47,744 nt of DNA from NCBI GenBank assembly GCA_964593285.1, contig CAZQHZ010000011.1, positions 1-47,744 on the forward strand. Direction: 5' to 3'. Positions 1-9,227 of this stretch are shown piece by piece (within the stretch, counting starts at the first letter, position 1; the number at the start of each line of letters is the position of its first letter). The DNA is from an uncultured Methanosarcinales archaeon (GTDB lineage: Archaea; Nanobdellota; Nanobdellia; Woesearchaeales; DSVV01). The position numbers were made by a program, and so were the translations under genes. Below the pieces are notes generated by a model, which did no database searches, was not told where the DNA came from, and worked only from the letters and a program-made list of their open reading frames with translations.

Positions 1-24
1 GTGATAATTAAATAAAGAAATAAA

Positions 25-579
25 TTATTTTTTTTTACTTTTTGTTATTTTTGCTTTCTCTGAAACAATTGCAGAATTACCTGTTGGGTCGTCAAGGGTT
101 ATTTTAATTTCATCTTGGCCCCATAAAATTTTTTGCAATTTTTTTAAATGATTTTTTGCTTTCTTTTTTTCATCTTTATCTTCAGAGTATTCTTTTGCTG
201 TTTCAATAGCATGTTTTGCTCTTTTTAGTAATCCTTCAATATTTGTAATAAAACCAATTGATGCAACCCCTGGTTCAATGCTCATTATTCTTCCTATTTT
301 AACAGTAGCATTACTTGATTTAATTACTCTAATGTTCATATCTTGTTCTGAATTAATTGTTATTTCATATTTTGATGGTTCATTTTCTTCTGCTGTTTCA
401 AGATCTGCTTTATGATATTTACAATTAGAACATGTCATTGAAAAAAGATAAACTTTTCCAAAATATGGTATGTCTCGCTCGCTTTCAGTTAATGTTAATG
501 TATCTTTAGAACACATTGGACATTGTTGGTTTTCTAAAACGTCTGGTTGTTCTTTGTTTAAATTATCTTCTTTTTTCAT
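25..579 (-). CDS. ZPR1-related C4 zinc-finger protein
   Basis: CPMC...IPYFG...CSNC zinc ribbon, plus the IRVIKSS, EPG...GFITNIEG and LDDPTGNS motifs of archaeal ZPR1. Confidence 0.9.
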   Translation of the reverse strand: MKKEDNLNKEQPDVLENQQCPMCSKDTLTLTESERDIPYFGKVYLFSMTCSNCKYHKADLETAEENEPSKYEITINSEQDMNIRVIKSSNATVKIGRIMSIEPGVASIGFITNIEGLLKRAKHAIETAKEYSEDKDEKKKAKNHLKKLQKILWGQDEIKITLDDPTGNSAIVSEKAKITKSKKK

Positions 580-684
580 TTCAAAAAATAATTATATAAT
601 AATTTATATAATTTTCGATTGTTTAGTATATTATTTTTTAAAATTTTCGAAGATAATAAATAATCTAAAGTTTTTTTTAAAAAT

Positions 685-1908
685 ATGAATGAAAATTTGA
701 AAAAAAAGAATGTTGGTATTGAAATATTAGCTCCTGCTGGAAATTATGAAATGCTTCATACTGCTATTAATAGTGGCTGTGATTCTATTTATTTTGGAAT
801 AGCAGGGTTTAATTTGAGGGCAAATGCTAAAAATTTTTCAATTGATGAAATTTCTAAAGTAATTAAAATTTGTCATCAAAAATCTATTAAAGCTTATGCA
901 TGTTTAAATATTGTAATTTTTGAAGATGAATTAGATTTTTTAAAAAAAGTTTTGGATGTATTATCTAAATGCAAAGTTGATGGTGTTATTTGCTGGGATT
1001 TTGCTGTTATTAGTATAGCTTTAAAAAAAGGATTAAATGTTCATTTATCAACACAAGCTAGTGTTTTAAACTCAATTTCTATAAAAGAATATGAAAAATT
1101 AGGTGTTTCAAGAATTATTTTAGCAAGAGAGTGTAGTTTAACTGATATAAAAAAAATACAAGAAAAAACGAATTTAGAACTTGAAATTTTTATCCATGGT
1201 GCAATGTGTGTTGCAGTTTCTGGAAGATGTTTTATTTCACAATATTTGTATGGGAAAAGTGCTAATAGGGGAGAGTGTATTCAACCTTGCAGAAGATCGT
1301 ACGATTTAATAGACCCAGAAACTAGTAAAGAATTAAATATTACTGAAAATTACGTTATGTCACCAAAGGATTTGTGTACTATTGATATTATTGATAAGTT
1401 ATTAGAATTAGATGTTAAATGTTTTAAAATTGAAGGACGAAATAGATCGCCTGAATATTTAAAAAAAACAATTGAGTGTTATAAAAAAGCAATTGAATTT
1501 TATAAAAAAGGAATATTGACTGAAAATGTTAAATTAAAGCTTAAAGAAGAATTATCTATGGTTTATAATCGAGGATTTTCTACTGGATTTTTTTTATCTA
1601 AACCAATAAATGAATGGACTGATAGTTATGGTAATAAATCAAATTATGTAAAAAAATATGTTGGAAGAATTCTTAATTATTATAAAAAAATAAATGTTGC
1701 AGAAGTTAAACTTGAAACAGAAAACTTAAATTTAAATGATAAACTAATTATTACTGGAAATAAGACTGGTTGTGTTGATTTTACTTTAAAATCTATACAA
1801 TTTAATAAAAAAGAAATAAATTGTGGGCTTAAAGGTCAAAATGTTGCAATTAAAGTTCCTTTTGTTGTTAGAAAGAATGATAAAGTATTCATTTTTACAA
1901 AAAAATAG
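685..1908 (+). CDS. U32 family protein (TrhP/RlhA-like Fe-S hydroxylase, often annotated as collagenase-like peptidase)
   Basis: EILAPAG, LSTQ, HGAMCVAVSGRC, NRGECIQPCR, SPKDLC and KIEGR motifs; C-terminal beta-barrel. Confidence 0.9.
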   Translation: MNENLKKKNVGIEILAPAGNYEMLHTAINSGCDSIYFGIAGFNLRANAKNFSIDEISKVIKICHQKSIKAYACLNIVIFEDELDFLKKVLDVLSKCKVDGVICWDFAVISIALKKGLNVHLSTQASVLNSISIKEYEKLGVSRIILARECSLTDIKKIQEKTNLELEIFIHGAMCVAVSGRCFISQYLYGKSANRGECIQPCRRSYDLIDPETSKELNITENYVMSPKDLCTIDIIDKLLELDVKCFKIEGRNRSPEYLKKTIECYKKAIEFYKKGILTENVKLKLKEELSMVYNRGFSTGFFLSKPINEWTDSYGNKSNYVKKYVGRILNYYKKINVAEVKLETENLNLNDKLIITGNKTGCVDFTLKSIQFNKKEINCGLKGQNVAIKVPFVVRKNDKVFIFTKK

Positions 1909-1910
1909 TA

Positions 1911-2126
1911 AGTATAAAGGCAGGTATAAAAAAAGGCAATATCTTCAAAACTTTCTATGATTTTATTAAAGGTTCTGCGTTCCCATATGGAGTTCTATTA
2001 CTAGCGTTCGGAAGTTTATAATCTTACGAGATTATAAACCAACCCCTCGCGAAGGAACTATATTTTTTGTTATAATAAAGTTTTGACCGTATGATATTGC
2101 CTTTTTTCAAATATAGACTTTATACT
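1911..2126 (-). ncRNA. Candidate structured non-coding RNA (long interrupted stem with multibranch apex); family unknown
   Basis: Nested inverted repeats 1911-1919/2118-2126, 1929-1943/2093-2107 and 1945-1954/2077-2086; internal 11-bp hairpin 2014-2039; GC-enriched core; GNRA-type loops on the minus strand. Confidence 0.55.
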
Positions 2127-2175
2127 GACAAAAAATAAAAAAATATTTAAATAATTAAAATAAAAAAATGTTAAA

Positions 2176-3483
2176 ATGAAATTTAAAATTATAAATTTAA
2201 TGATAGTTGTATTTATTTTAAATATTTTTATGGTTTATGCTGATTGTGTGAATCCAAAAAATTCATTAATAATTGATGAAGATATTACTTTTTGCAAAGG
2301 CACTTTTGAATTGGATTCTGGGATGGTTGTTAATTCAGATAATATTGACATTGTTTGTGATGAAACAATTATAAAAGGATTTGATAATGGTGCTTTATTT
2401 TCTATTGAAAATAAAGAAAATATTTTAATAAAAAATTGTGTTATTGATAATTTTCAGATTGGTTTTGATATAACTTCATCAAAAAATTTAGTAATTGAAA
2501 ATAATGAGATTATTAATAATCAAATAGGTATATTGTTAAATGATGTTTATGTGTCAAATTTTTCTTCAAATACTTTTGAAAACAATTTAAATTCTGCAAT
2601 TTTTATGGATTTAAATGAAATTTTAAATATTGCTGGTAATATTTTTAATAACAACATTTTTTTTGATACTGCTTTTAATTTAGTTTCATACGAAGATATG
2701 CCACATAATTCATATTTTGATAATATTTATAATGATAATTTAATTGGTCCAAATGATTATGTTACAGATTATATTTATGAATCTGAAGATTTAATTTCAT
2801 ATAGAGATGATGAAGCTGATGAAAATGAAACAACAACTGATGAAGTAAGTGATGAAGTAGATGAAAACATATTTACAGGGGTTGAAGTTTTTGAAGTTTT
2901 AGATAATCAAAACTTTGTTGATGATTCTGGTGAAATTGTTAATTCTGAAAATATTGTTAAAAAAGCTTATGAGATGAGAGGGTTTAGTGATGATGAAATT
3001 TTAGATGCAGTAAATAGAGTTTCAAAAATTGAAGAAATTGTTGATATAGACAAAAATATAATCTTTGATTATGATAATGAAGTAATAATTGTAAATATTA
3101 AAATAAATTCTTCTGAAAAATTAGAAGATGTAGAATTTTTTGAATATATTCCAAAAAGTTTTGCAAATAATTTTTTAGATATAAATTTTAATGATTCTAT
3201 TCGATTAGAAGTTATTGATGAAGACCCATTAATTGTTTGGAATTATAATAGTGTTTCAGAAGATGAAGAGGTTGAATTATCTTATTCTGTTGATAAATCA
3301 AAAGTTGATATGACTGCTTTGGCTGTAGCTTCAAATATAAATGAAGAAAGCCCTGTAACTGTTTCACTTGCTAATTGTGTTAGTTGCGATCCAAAAAGTA
3401 GTAGATATATGTTATTTGTTCCTTTATTATTAATTCCTTTAATAGTAGTTATATTTGTGTTTGTTGGAAGAAATAAAAATTAA
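2176..3483 (+). CDS. Secreted/membrane-anchored protein with right-handed parallel beta-helix (NosD/CASH-like) repeats
   Basis: N-terminal signal peptide; I.N..I.NN..GI repeats; acidic linker; C-terminal hydrophobic helix followed by a basic tail. Confidence 0.7.
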   Translation: MKFKIINLMIVVFILNIFMVYADCVNPKNSLIIDEDITFCKGTFELDSGMVVNSDNIDIVCDETIIKGFDNGALFSIENKENILIKNCVIDNFQIGFDITSSKNLVIENNEIINNQIGILLNDVYVSNFSSNTFENNLNSAIFMDLNEILNIAGNIFNNNIFFDTAFNLVSYEDMPHNSYFDNIYNDNLIGPNDYVTDYIYESEDLISYRDDEADENETTTDEVSDEVDENIFTGVEVFEVLDNQNFVDDSGEIVNSENIVKKAYEMRGFSDDEILDAVNRVSKIEEIVDIDKNIIFDYDNEVIIVNIKINSSEKLEDVEFFEYIPKSFANNFLDINFNDSIRLEVIDEDPLIVWNYNSVSEDEEVELSYSVDKSKVDMTALAVASNINEESPVTVSLANCVSCDPKSSRYMLFVPLLLIPLIVVIFVFVGRNKN

Positions 3484-3491
3484 ATAATTTT

Positions 3492-4558
3492 TTATTTTTT
3501 AAATATATTACTTATTTTTTTTAAAAAAGATTCTTTTTTTGGTTTTGTTGAACTAAATTTTTTTTCAAATTCTTCTTGATATTTTTTTTGTTCTTCATAA
3601 TTATGGTTTAAATGACTCTGTGCAGAATCTAAAAGTGTAGATATTGGGTCTTTGTTGATTGTACTATTATTATCAGTTGCAAAAATATCATTTATATCAT
3701 TATTTTTTTGTTCTCTATTTGTATTGTTATTATTTGTTGTATCTTTATTATCTGATTTTTCATTTAATAAATTATTTTGTGAAATCTTTGTTTGACTATT
3801 AGTTTCATTATTTTGATTAGTCATATTATTATTATTATTAGTTTTGAATGATTTAGGGAATATTGGTTGATTTTCTGTATTATTGGTTAAATCATCTTTA
3901 ATGTTTACATCTTGATTTTGTTTAATATTTTGTGTTGTATTTATTACATTATTAGTTTCATTATTTTGATTAGTTATATTATTATTATTATTATTAGTTT
4001 TGAATGATTTAGGGAATATTGGTTGATTTGTNNNNNNNNNNNNNNNNNNNNNNNNNNNNNNNNNNNNNNNNNNNNNNNNNNNNNNNNNNNNNNNNNNNNN
4101 NNNNNNNNNNNNNNNNNNNNNNNNNNNNNNNTTTCTGTATTATTGGTTAAATCATCTTTAATGTTTACATCTTGATTTTGTTTAATATTTTCATTTGTAT
4201 TTATTTCATTATTATCATTTTTTTTAGTATTAATTAATGATTTTATTTTATCAACAATTTCTCCCATTTTAATCCTTTTTTCTAGTTCAGTTATTCTTTT
4301 TTTAATAGTATTTATAATTTTTTTTTTGTCTTTTACATGTTTAATTTCAAATGCTAATACCTCATCTTTAATTGAATCATTAATCCAATTTGCATAGTCA
4401 TTTTTTTCTTCATTTACATGAATTTTAAATTCATTATCATCCATATTTTCAAGGGTTTTTACTAATTCTTCTAAACTTATAATTTCTTTTCCAAGTGCTG
4501 TTTTAAAAGTTTCATTTGGATGTACATTTGATAATATTTCTTTAGCTTTTTTTGGCAT
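3492..4558 (-). CDS. DUF5752-like N-terminal domain protein with an Asn-rich tandem-repeat linker; spans the assembly gap (joins track ORFs 3974-4585 and 3492-3824)
   Basis: F...G..I.SLEEL....ENMD...F..HVNEEKNDYANWI domain; the frame is open from 4031 to 3492 and the same repeat peptide (DDLTNNTE) lies on both sides of the N-gap; RBS AAGGTG before ATG at 4558. Confidence 0.6.
3798..4190. repeat. Intragenic 153-156 bp tandem repeat, interrupted by a 100-N scaffold gap (4032-4131)
   Basis: 3798.. matches 3951..; 3841.. matches 3997..; 3872-3930 matches 4132-4190. Confidence 0.85.
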
Positions 4559-4568
4559 AATTACACCT

Positions 4569-4865
4569 TTATATATTTTTAACAATGTGTTTTAGTAGTT
4601 TTAATTCAAATTCTTGTTTTTCTTTTATAGTCATTAAATTTTCTGCAAGTTTTATTTCTTTAATTACATCTTTAATCCAATTTGCAAAATCATTTTTATT
4701 TTCATTAACATGGTGATAAAAAATATTATCTTGCATATTTTCAATTTCCATTGCAAGCTCTTTTATATTAGAAATAATTTTTCCATCTGCTAAAACAAAT
4801 TTTTTATTTTGTGGAATTCTTTTTTTAATAGGATTTTTTTTATTAACTGTTTTTTTTGATTTCAT
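4569..4865 (-). CDS. Small DUF5752-like protein (paralog of the downstream gene's N-terminal domain)
   Basis: FVLADGKIISNIKELA...FYHHVNENKNDFANWI; RBS GAGGTG before ATG at 4865. Confidence 0.7.
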   Translation of the reverse strand: MKSKKTVNKKNPIKKRIPQNKKFVLADGKIISNIKELAMEIENMQDNIFYHHVNENKNDFANWIKDVIKEIKLAENLMTIKEKQEFELKLLKHIVKNI

Positions 4866-4930
4866 AAAAAACACCTCTTTTTTAGCATATTTAATAATAT
4901 AATAATATAAAAATGTTGTTATTTTTGTAA

Positions 4931-6181
4931 CTAATTAGTTACTTTTTTAAGTAAATTACTTGGATTTTCTGTAATTTTTATTTTATCAGTATTATCATCT
5001 GTTTTATTAATTCTGATTATTATATCATTTAAAATATTCATGAATGCAATGAATGATTCATATGGACTATCGTATGGATTAAAGTACTTATGAACATCTC
5101 CATCTGCAAACCATTTAGTACACATGTAATAAAAATGATCTGATGTTGTTAATTTTCTCCAATTTTTAATTAATTCTTTATCTTTTGTTTTTTTGACCAT
5201 GTTTTCAATTAAATATAATTCATTCATTGAATTATCTTGCATAGGGTTACCAAGCCATGCAGATAAATCTCTTTCAATATCAGCCCATGAAATAAAATTA
5301 TGCATATCAACTTCTCCTCTTATAGGGTATTTATCTACAACTTCAGTTGGTGTTAAAAAATTATTATCTTTGTTTTTTAATAATTCATTTGGTAAGTGTT
5401 TAATAAAATCTAAAATCCCTGTATCTTCCCATTGATGTTCTCCTAGTGTTTCATAATCCATGAATAAATTTACAACTTCACCATTTCCATTTACAGCATT
5501 AATCCACTGAGTAAATTTTTCTGTTGTAAGTGGCCATTCTTCCCAGCTCTTATTTGAAAATCTAAATGCAATATCATCACTTAGTTTATAATTTTTTAAA
5601 AGTAATTTTGTTTTATTAGTATTAATTGTTTTATAGAGAAAATTTGGTGATCTCCATCCTAAAATATGGTCTGCTCCTTCTGCAATAATTCCTTTATAAC
5701 CCATATCTTCAATGAATTTTGCAAGCTCATTATTAAAAATTAATTCAGTATTTCTAAATATTTTAGGCTCTTGATTAAATAATTGTTTTATTTTTTTTTT
5801 ATGCATTAATACTTGTTCTTTAAATTCGTCTTTTGAATAAAGATATGATAAAGAATGATAATATGTTTCTGAAATAAATTCAACACAGCCTGTTTTTGCT
5901 AATTCTTTAAAACTTTCAATTACTTCTGGGCAATATTCTTCAAATTGGTCAAGTACAGTTCCTGTAATTGAATATGCAATTTTAAATTTACCTTTATGTT
6001 GCTTAATTAAATCAAGCATTATTCTGTTAACTGGTAAATAACATTTATTTGCAACTTTAATACAAATTTCTCTATTTTTTTTATCATCAAAATAATTTTG
6101 ATTATTTCCAATATCAAAAACTTGATATTTTCTTAATCTATATGGCTGATGGACTTGAAAGTAAAAACATACACTAACCAA
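4931..6181 (-). CDS. Glycoside hydrolase family 57 (alpha-amylase-like)
   Basis: HQP, ETYYH, FRNTE (nucleophile), DYETLGEHQ, SWAD and TSDH GH57 conserved regions; probable TTG start at 6181 after a GGGGTG RBS. Confidence 0.9.
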   Translation of the reverse strand: MVSVCFYFQVHQPYRLRKYQVFDIGNNQNYFDDKKNREICIKVANKCYLPVNRIMLDLIKQHKGKFKIAYSITGTVLDQFEEYCPEVIESFKELAKTGCVEFISETYYHSLSYLYSKDEFKEQVLMHKKKIKQLFNQEPKIFRNTELIFNNELAKFIEDMGYKGIIAEGADHILGWRSPNFLYKTINTNKTKLLLKNYKLSDDIAFRFSNKSWEEWPLTTEKFTQWINAVNGNGEVVNLFMDYETLGEHQWEDTGILDFIKHLPNELLKNKDNNFLTPTEVVDKYPIRGEVDMHNFISWADIERDLSAWLGNPMQDNSMNELYLIENMVKKTKDKELIKNWRKLTTSDHFYYMCTKWFADGDVHKYFNPYDSPYESFIAFMNILNDIIIRINKTDDNTDKIKITENPSNLLKKVTN

Positions 6182-6212
6182 TAAAAACACCCCCTTTTTA
6201 TAAAAATAATTT

Positions 6213-7460
6213 TTATTTTAAATTTATTAAATTGTTATAAATATTGACACACTTATGCGCTGCAGTGTCCCAATTATGTTTGTAAATTTCTTTTTTTATA
6301 TTTTCTTTTAAGTAATTATGCATTGATTTATAATTTAAAATAGATAATATATGACTACTCATAATATCTGTATCCCAAAAATCTATTTTCAAACAATTAG
6401 TTAATACTTCAGATATTCCAGAAGTTTTTGAAATTATACACGGAGTATTATTTTTCATAGCTTCTAGTGGAGTTATTCCAAAAGGTTCTGAAACAGATGG
6501 CATGACAAATAAATCTGCAAGTTTATATGCTTTATTAATGTCATTGCCTCGCAAAAATCCTGTAAATAAAACATTTTTTGAAATACCAAGTCTTGCAGCT
6601 TCATCTATAAGGTATTTTTCCATATCTCCTCCACCTGCCATAATGAATTTAACATTTGGATCATATTCTAGTACTTTTTTTGCAGAACGAAGGAAATATT
6701 CTGGTCCTTTTTGGATAGTCATTCGTCCAAGATATAAAACTGTTTTTTCTAATTTTTTAGATTCTTCATAATTTAAATCTTCATCTTTTTCAAAATCAAC
6801 ACCATTATGTACAACTTCAACTTTTTGAGGATTTATTCCATAATGTTCTATTATTTTATTTTTTGTATAATTGCTTACTGCAATTATTTTATCAGCAACA
6901 TGCATACCTTCTCTTTCTATATCATAAACATATTGATTAGGGTGGCCACAAGTTCTGTCAAATTCTGTTGCATGTACATGTACAATTAGTGGTTTATTTG
7001 AAGTCTTTTTTGCTTTGATTCCTGCTTGATAAGTCATCCAGTCATGTGCATGTATTATATCAAAATTTTCAAATTCAGCTATTAATTCTGCTTTTTGTGA
7101 ATATCTATAAACTTCATCAAATAAGTTTTTACCATAAACATCTCCAGTGATATTGTTATTTATTTGTTCTATTTGTTTGAATTTTTTAATTTTTTCATCA
7201 TATGATTCAGAATTTACATATTCTCCAAGTAAGGAATTAATTATTCTTTTTTTAACTCCAATTTCTTTTAAATAAATATCGTTTGCAACTAAAACTTTTA
7301 CGTGGCTTGAATTTGAATTTGTATTATTTATTGTTTTTGGAAGAACAAAAATTATATCTGTATTTTGGTTTTTTAATCCTTTAGTGAGACCATAGCATGC
7401 GGTGCCAAGTCCACCTGCATTAAATGGTGGAAACTCCCATCCAAACATTAATATCCTCAT
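6213..7460 (-). CDS. GT-B glycosyltransferase family 4 (glycogen synthase-like)
   Basis: WEFPP...GGLG, HAHDW, GR....KG and EPFGITPLEAM motifs; adjacent to GH57. Confidence 0.9.
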   Translation of the reverse strand: MRILMFGWEFPPFNAGGLGTACYGLTKGLKNQNTDIIFVLPKTINNTNSNSSHVKVLVANDIYLKEIGVKKRIINSLLGEYVNSESYDEKIKKFKQIEQINNNITGDVYGKNLFDEVYRYSQKAELIAEFENFDIIHAHDWMTYQAGIKAKKTSNKPLIVHVHATEFDRTCGHPNQYVYDIEREGMHVADKIIAVSNYTKNKIIEHYGINPQKVEVVHNGVDFEKDEDLNYEESKKLEKTVLYLGRMTIQKGPEYFLRSAKKVLEYDPNVKFIMAGGGDMEKYLIDEAARLGISKNVLFTGFLRGNDINKAYKLADLFVMPSVSEPFGITPLEAMKNNTPCIISKTSGISEVLTNCLKIDFWDTDIMSSHILSILNYKSMHNYLKENIKKEIYKHNWDTAAHKCVNIYNNLINLK

Positions 7461-7830
7461 TCTATTTTATGCCCCTTTTTGAAAAATATACTGTTTTATA
7501 TATTTTATATATACATTTATATTTCTTTACATATTTAATTCTCTCACTCTTATTTAAATATTTCGTTTAGATAATCCTTCTAAAAAATTTGTGTTTTTTA
7601 AAACATTATATTGGCATGAAATTGTTTTAATTGTTATTCGTAATCCTAATTTTGGCCTCTTTTTGGTTTTATTTTTGGTTTTTAAAATTACTTTTCATTA
7701 TTTTAGACAAATGCAAAAATTTATATATTGTAATAATTTTTGTTTTTTTATTAAATTTTTTACAAATTTATGTTTATTTATTGCTTATTTAGCTTAAAAT
7801 AAGTCAATATTTATTTATTTTTGGTGTAAT

Positions 7831-8424
7831 ATGGAAAGTAGTAAAAATATTAAAAAAATAGATGAGTCTGAAATAAAAATAATAAAAGAATTAGTTATAA
7901 ATCCTAAAATAAGTGATAATCAAATTTCAAAAAATACAGGTATTCCTCTAAAAACAGTTAATAGAAAAAGAAAAAAATTAGAAGAAAAGAATTGTATTAA
8001 TTATATTTTAGACATTGATCATAGCTTTGATGGTTTAAATAATTTTAATGCTACTGCTCAGTTTATTGTTTTATTTAGGCATGGAATTACAAGAAAAATG
8101 TTTTTTGATAATTTATCTAAATTTAATTTTAATTATCATAATTTAAAGCATATAAAATCTTTAGATGTTGGTGAATTTAAAGGAAAATTAACTTTGATAT
8201 TTGTAATTGAATCAAGATTACAAGAAGATTTGCTTGAAATTTTTAACACTGAAATTTTTTATAGGTTGAATGATATTTTTGGTCATAATTGTATTGATGA
8301 TACTAAAGTGATTTATTTGAGTAAAAACATTATAAATATGCATAATTATGTTAAAGGTATTAATATTGAAAAAGGAAAAATAAAAAAAGATTGGCCAAAA
8401 GATTTAATTTTTGTTTCTGAATAA
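7831..8424 (+). CDS. Lrp/AsnC-like winged-helix transcriptional regulator
   Basis: N-terminal HTH (NPKISDNQISKNTGIPLKTVNRKRKKLE); divergent from the glycogen cluster. Confidence 0.7.
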   Translation: MESSKNIKKIDESEIKIIKELVINPKISDNQISKNTGIPLKTVNRKRKKLEEKNCINYILDIDHSFDGLNNFNATAQFIVLFRHGITRKMFFDNLSKFNFNYHNLKHIKSLDVGEFKGKLTLIFVIESRLQEDLLEIFNTEIFYRLNDIFGHNCIDDTKVIYLSKNIINMHNYVKGINIEKGKIKKDWPKDLIFVSE

Positions 8425-8654
8425 TTTTTTTATTTTAATTGTTTTTAATTAATTTTTAATTTTTTTAAATTATTTTTGTTTATTTTAATTATTATATCTT
8501 TTTAAATATAATATTATATTTGAATAAATTTAATTTTATATCTTTTTTATTTAACATATATATTTAAATACCAAAATATTTATAAAGTAAATCAATCTAT
8601 TAAATTATAACTTTATATCAATTTAGTTATAATAAGTTACAAAAAGGTATACTA

Positions 8655-9227
8655 ATGCTAAAAAAAAACATAGAAAATGAAATTATTGGACTATATACAA
8701 ATAATTTGACTAATATTTTTAGTATAAATAAAATTTCTAAATTATTAAAAAAAAAATATCCTTTTGTAAATAAGAAAGTAAGTTTTTTGATTAATAACAA
8801 AATATTAAATAAAATTGAAATTGGGAAATCTTATCTTTGTTCATTGAATCTTGATGATGATAAAACATTATTATTCTTAACATATAATGAAATATTTAAA
8901 AAAGAATTATTGAAAAATTCTGTAATTAAAAAAAAAAATATTGAAAATTTTCTTTCAAAAAAGGCGCTAGAATATAAAATTCAATCTGTTTTTTTTTCAA
9001 ATGATAAATTAATATTTATTTTAGATGATTTAAAATATAGACGAAAAATTGAAAATGAATTTTCTAATTTAATTATAATTGATAAAAATGAATTTTTGGA
9101 TTTATTACTTGAAAATCCTATTTATTTTACAGATTTTGTAGTATTTTATGGTTATGAAAAATTTTTTGAGCTTATAAAAATTAATTTTGATGAATTAAAA
9201 AATAAATATTCGCCTTTAAAATATTGA
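8655..9227 (+). CDS. Winged-helix protein with a degenerate nucleotidyltransferase-like C-terminal domain
   Basis: SINKISKLLKKKYP...IEIGKSYLCSLN wHTH; C-terminal region lacks the GS..DxD catalytic motif. Confidence 0.55.
   Translation: MLKKNIENEIIGLYTNNLTNIFSINKISKLLKKKYPFVNKKVSFLINNKILNKIEIGKSYLCSLNLDDDKTLLFLTYNEIFKKELLKNSVIKKKNIENFLSKKALEYKIQSVFFSNDKLIFILDDLKYRRKIENEFSNLIIIDKNEFLDLLLENPIYFTDFVVFYGYEKFFELIKINFDELKNKYSPLKY

Noticed and set aside
470..688. Short and antisense ORFs in the track (e.g. 470-688, 5193-5435, 6502-6771, 7591-7797, 17695-17889, 23209-23958, 24665-25024, 46570-46860)
   Set aside because: They overlap well-supported genes on the opposite strand or frame, or are low-complexity AT-rich translations with no motifs
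1911..2126. Assignment of the structured element to SRP RNA, RNase P RNA, 5S rRNA, a group I intron or a c-di-GMP riboswitch
   Set aside because: Only fragmentary resemblances (TTCCGAAC, GGGAACGCA); the diagnostic conserved motifs are not present in the right order
3798..4190. Repeats as a possible CRISPR array
   Set aside because: Units are ~155 bp, in frame within a coding region, without unique spacers; no cas genes nearby
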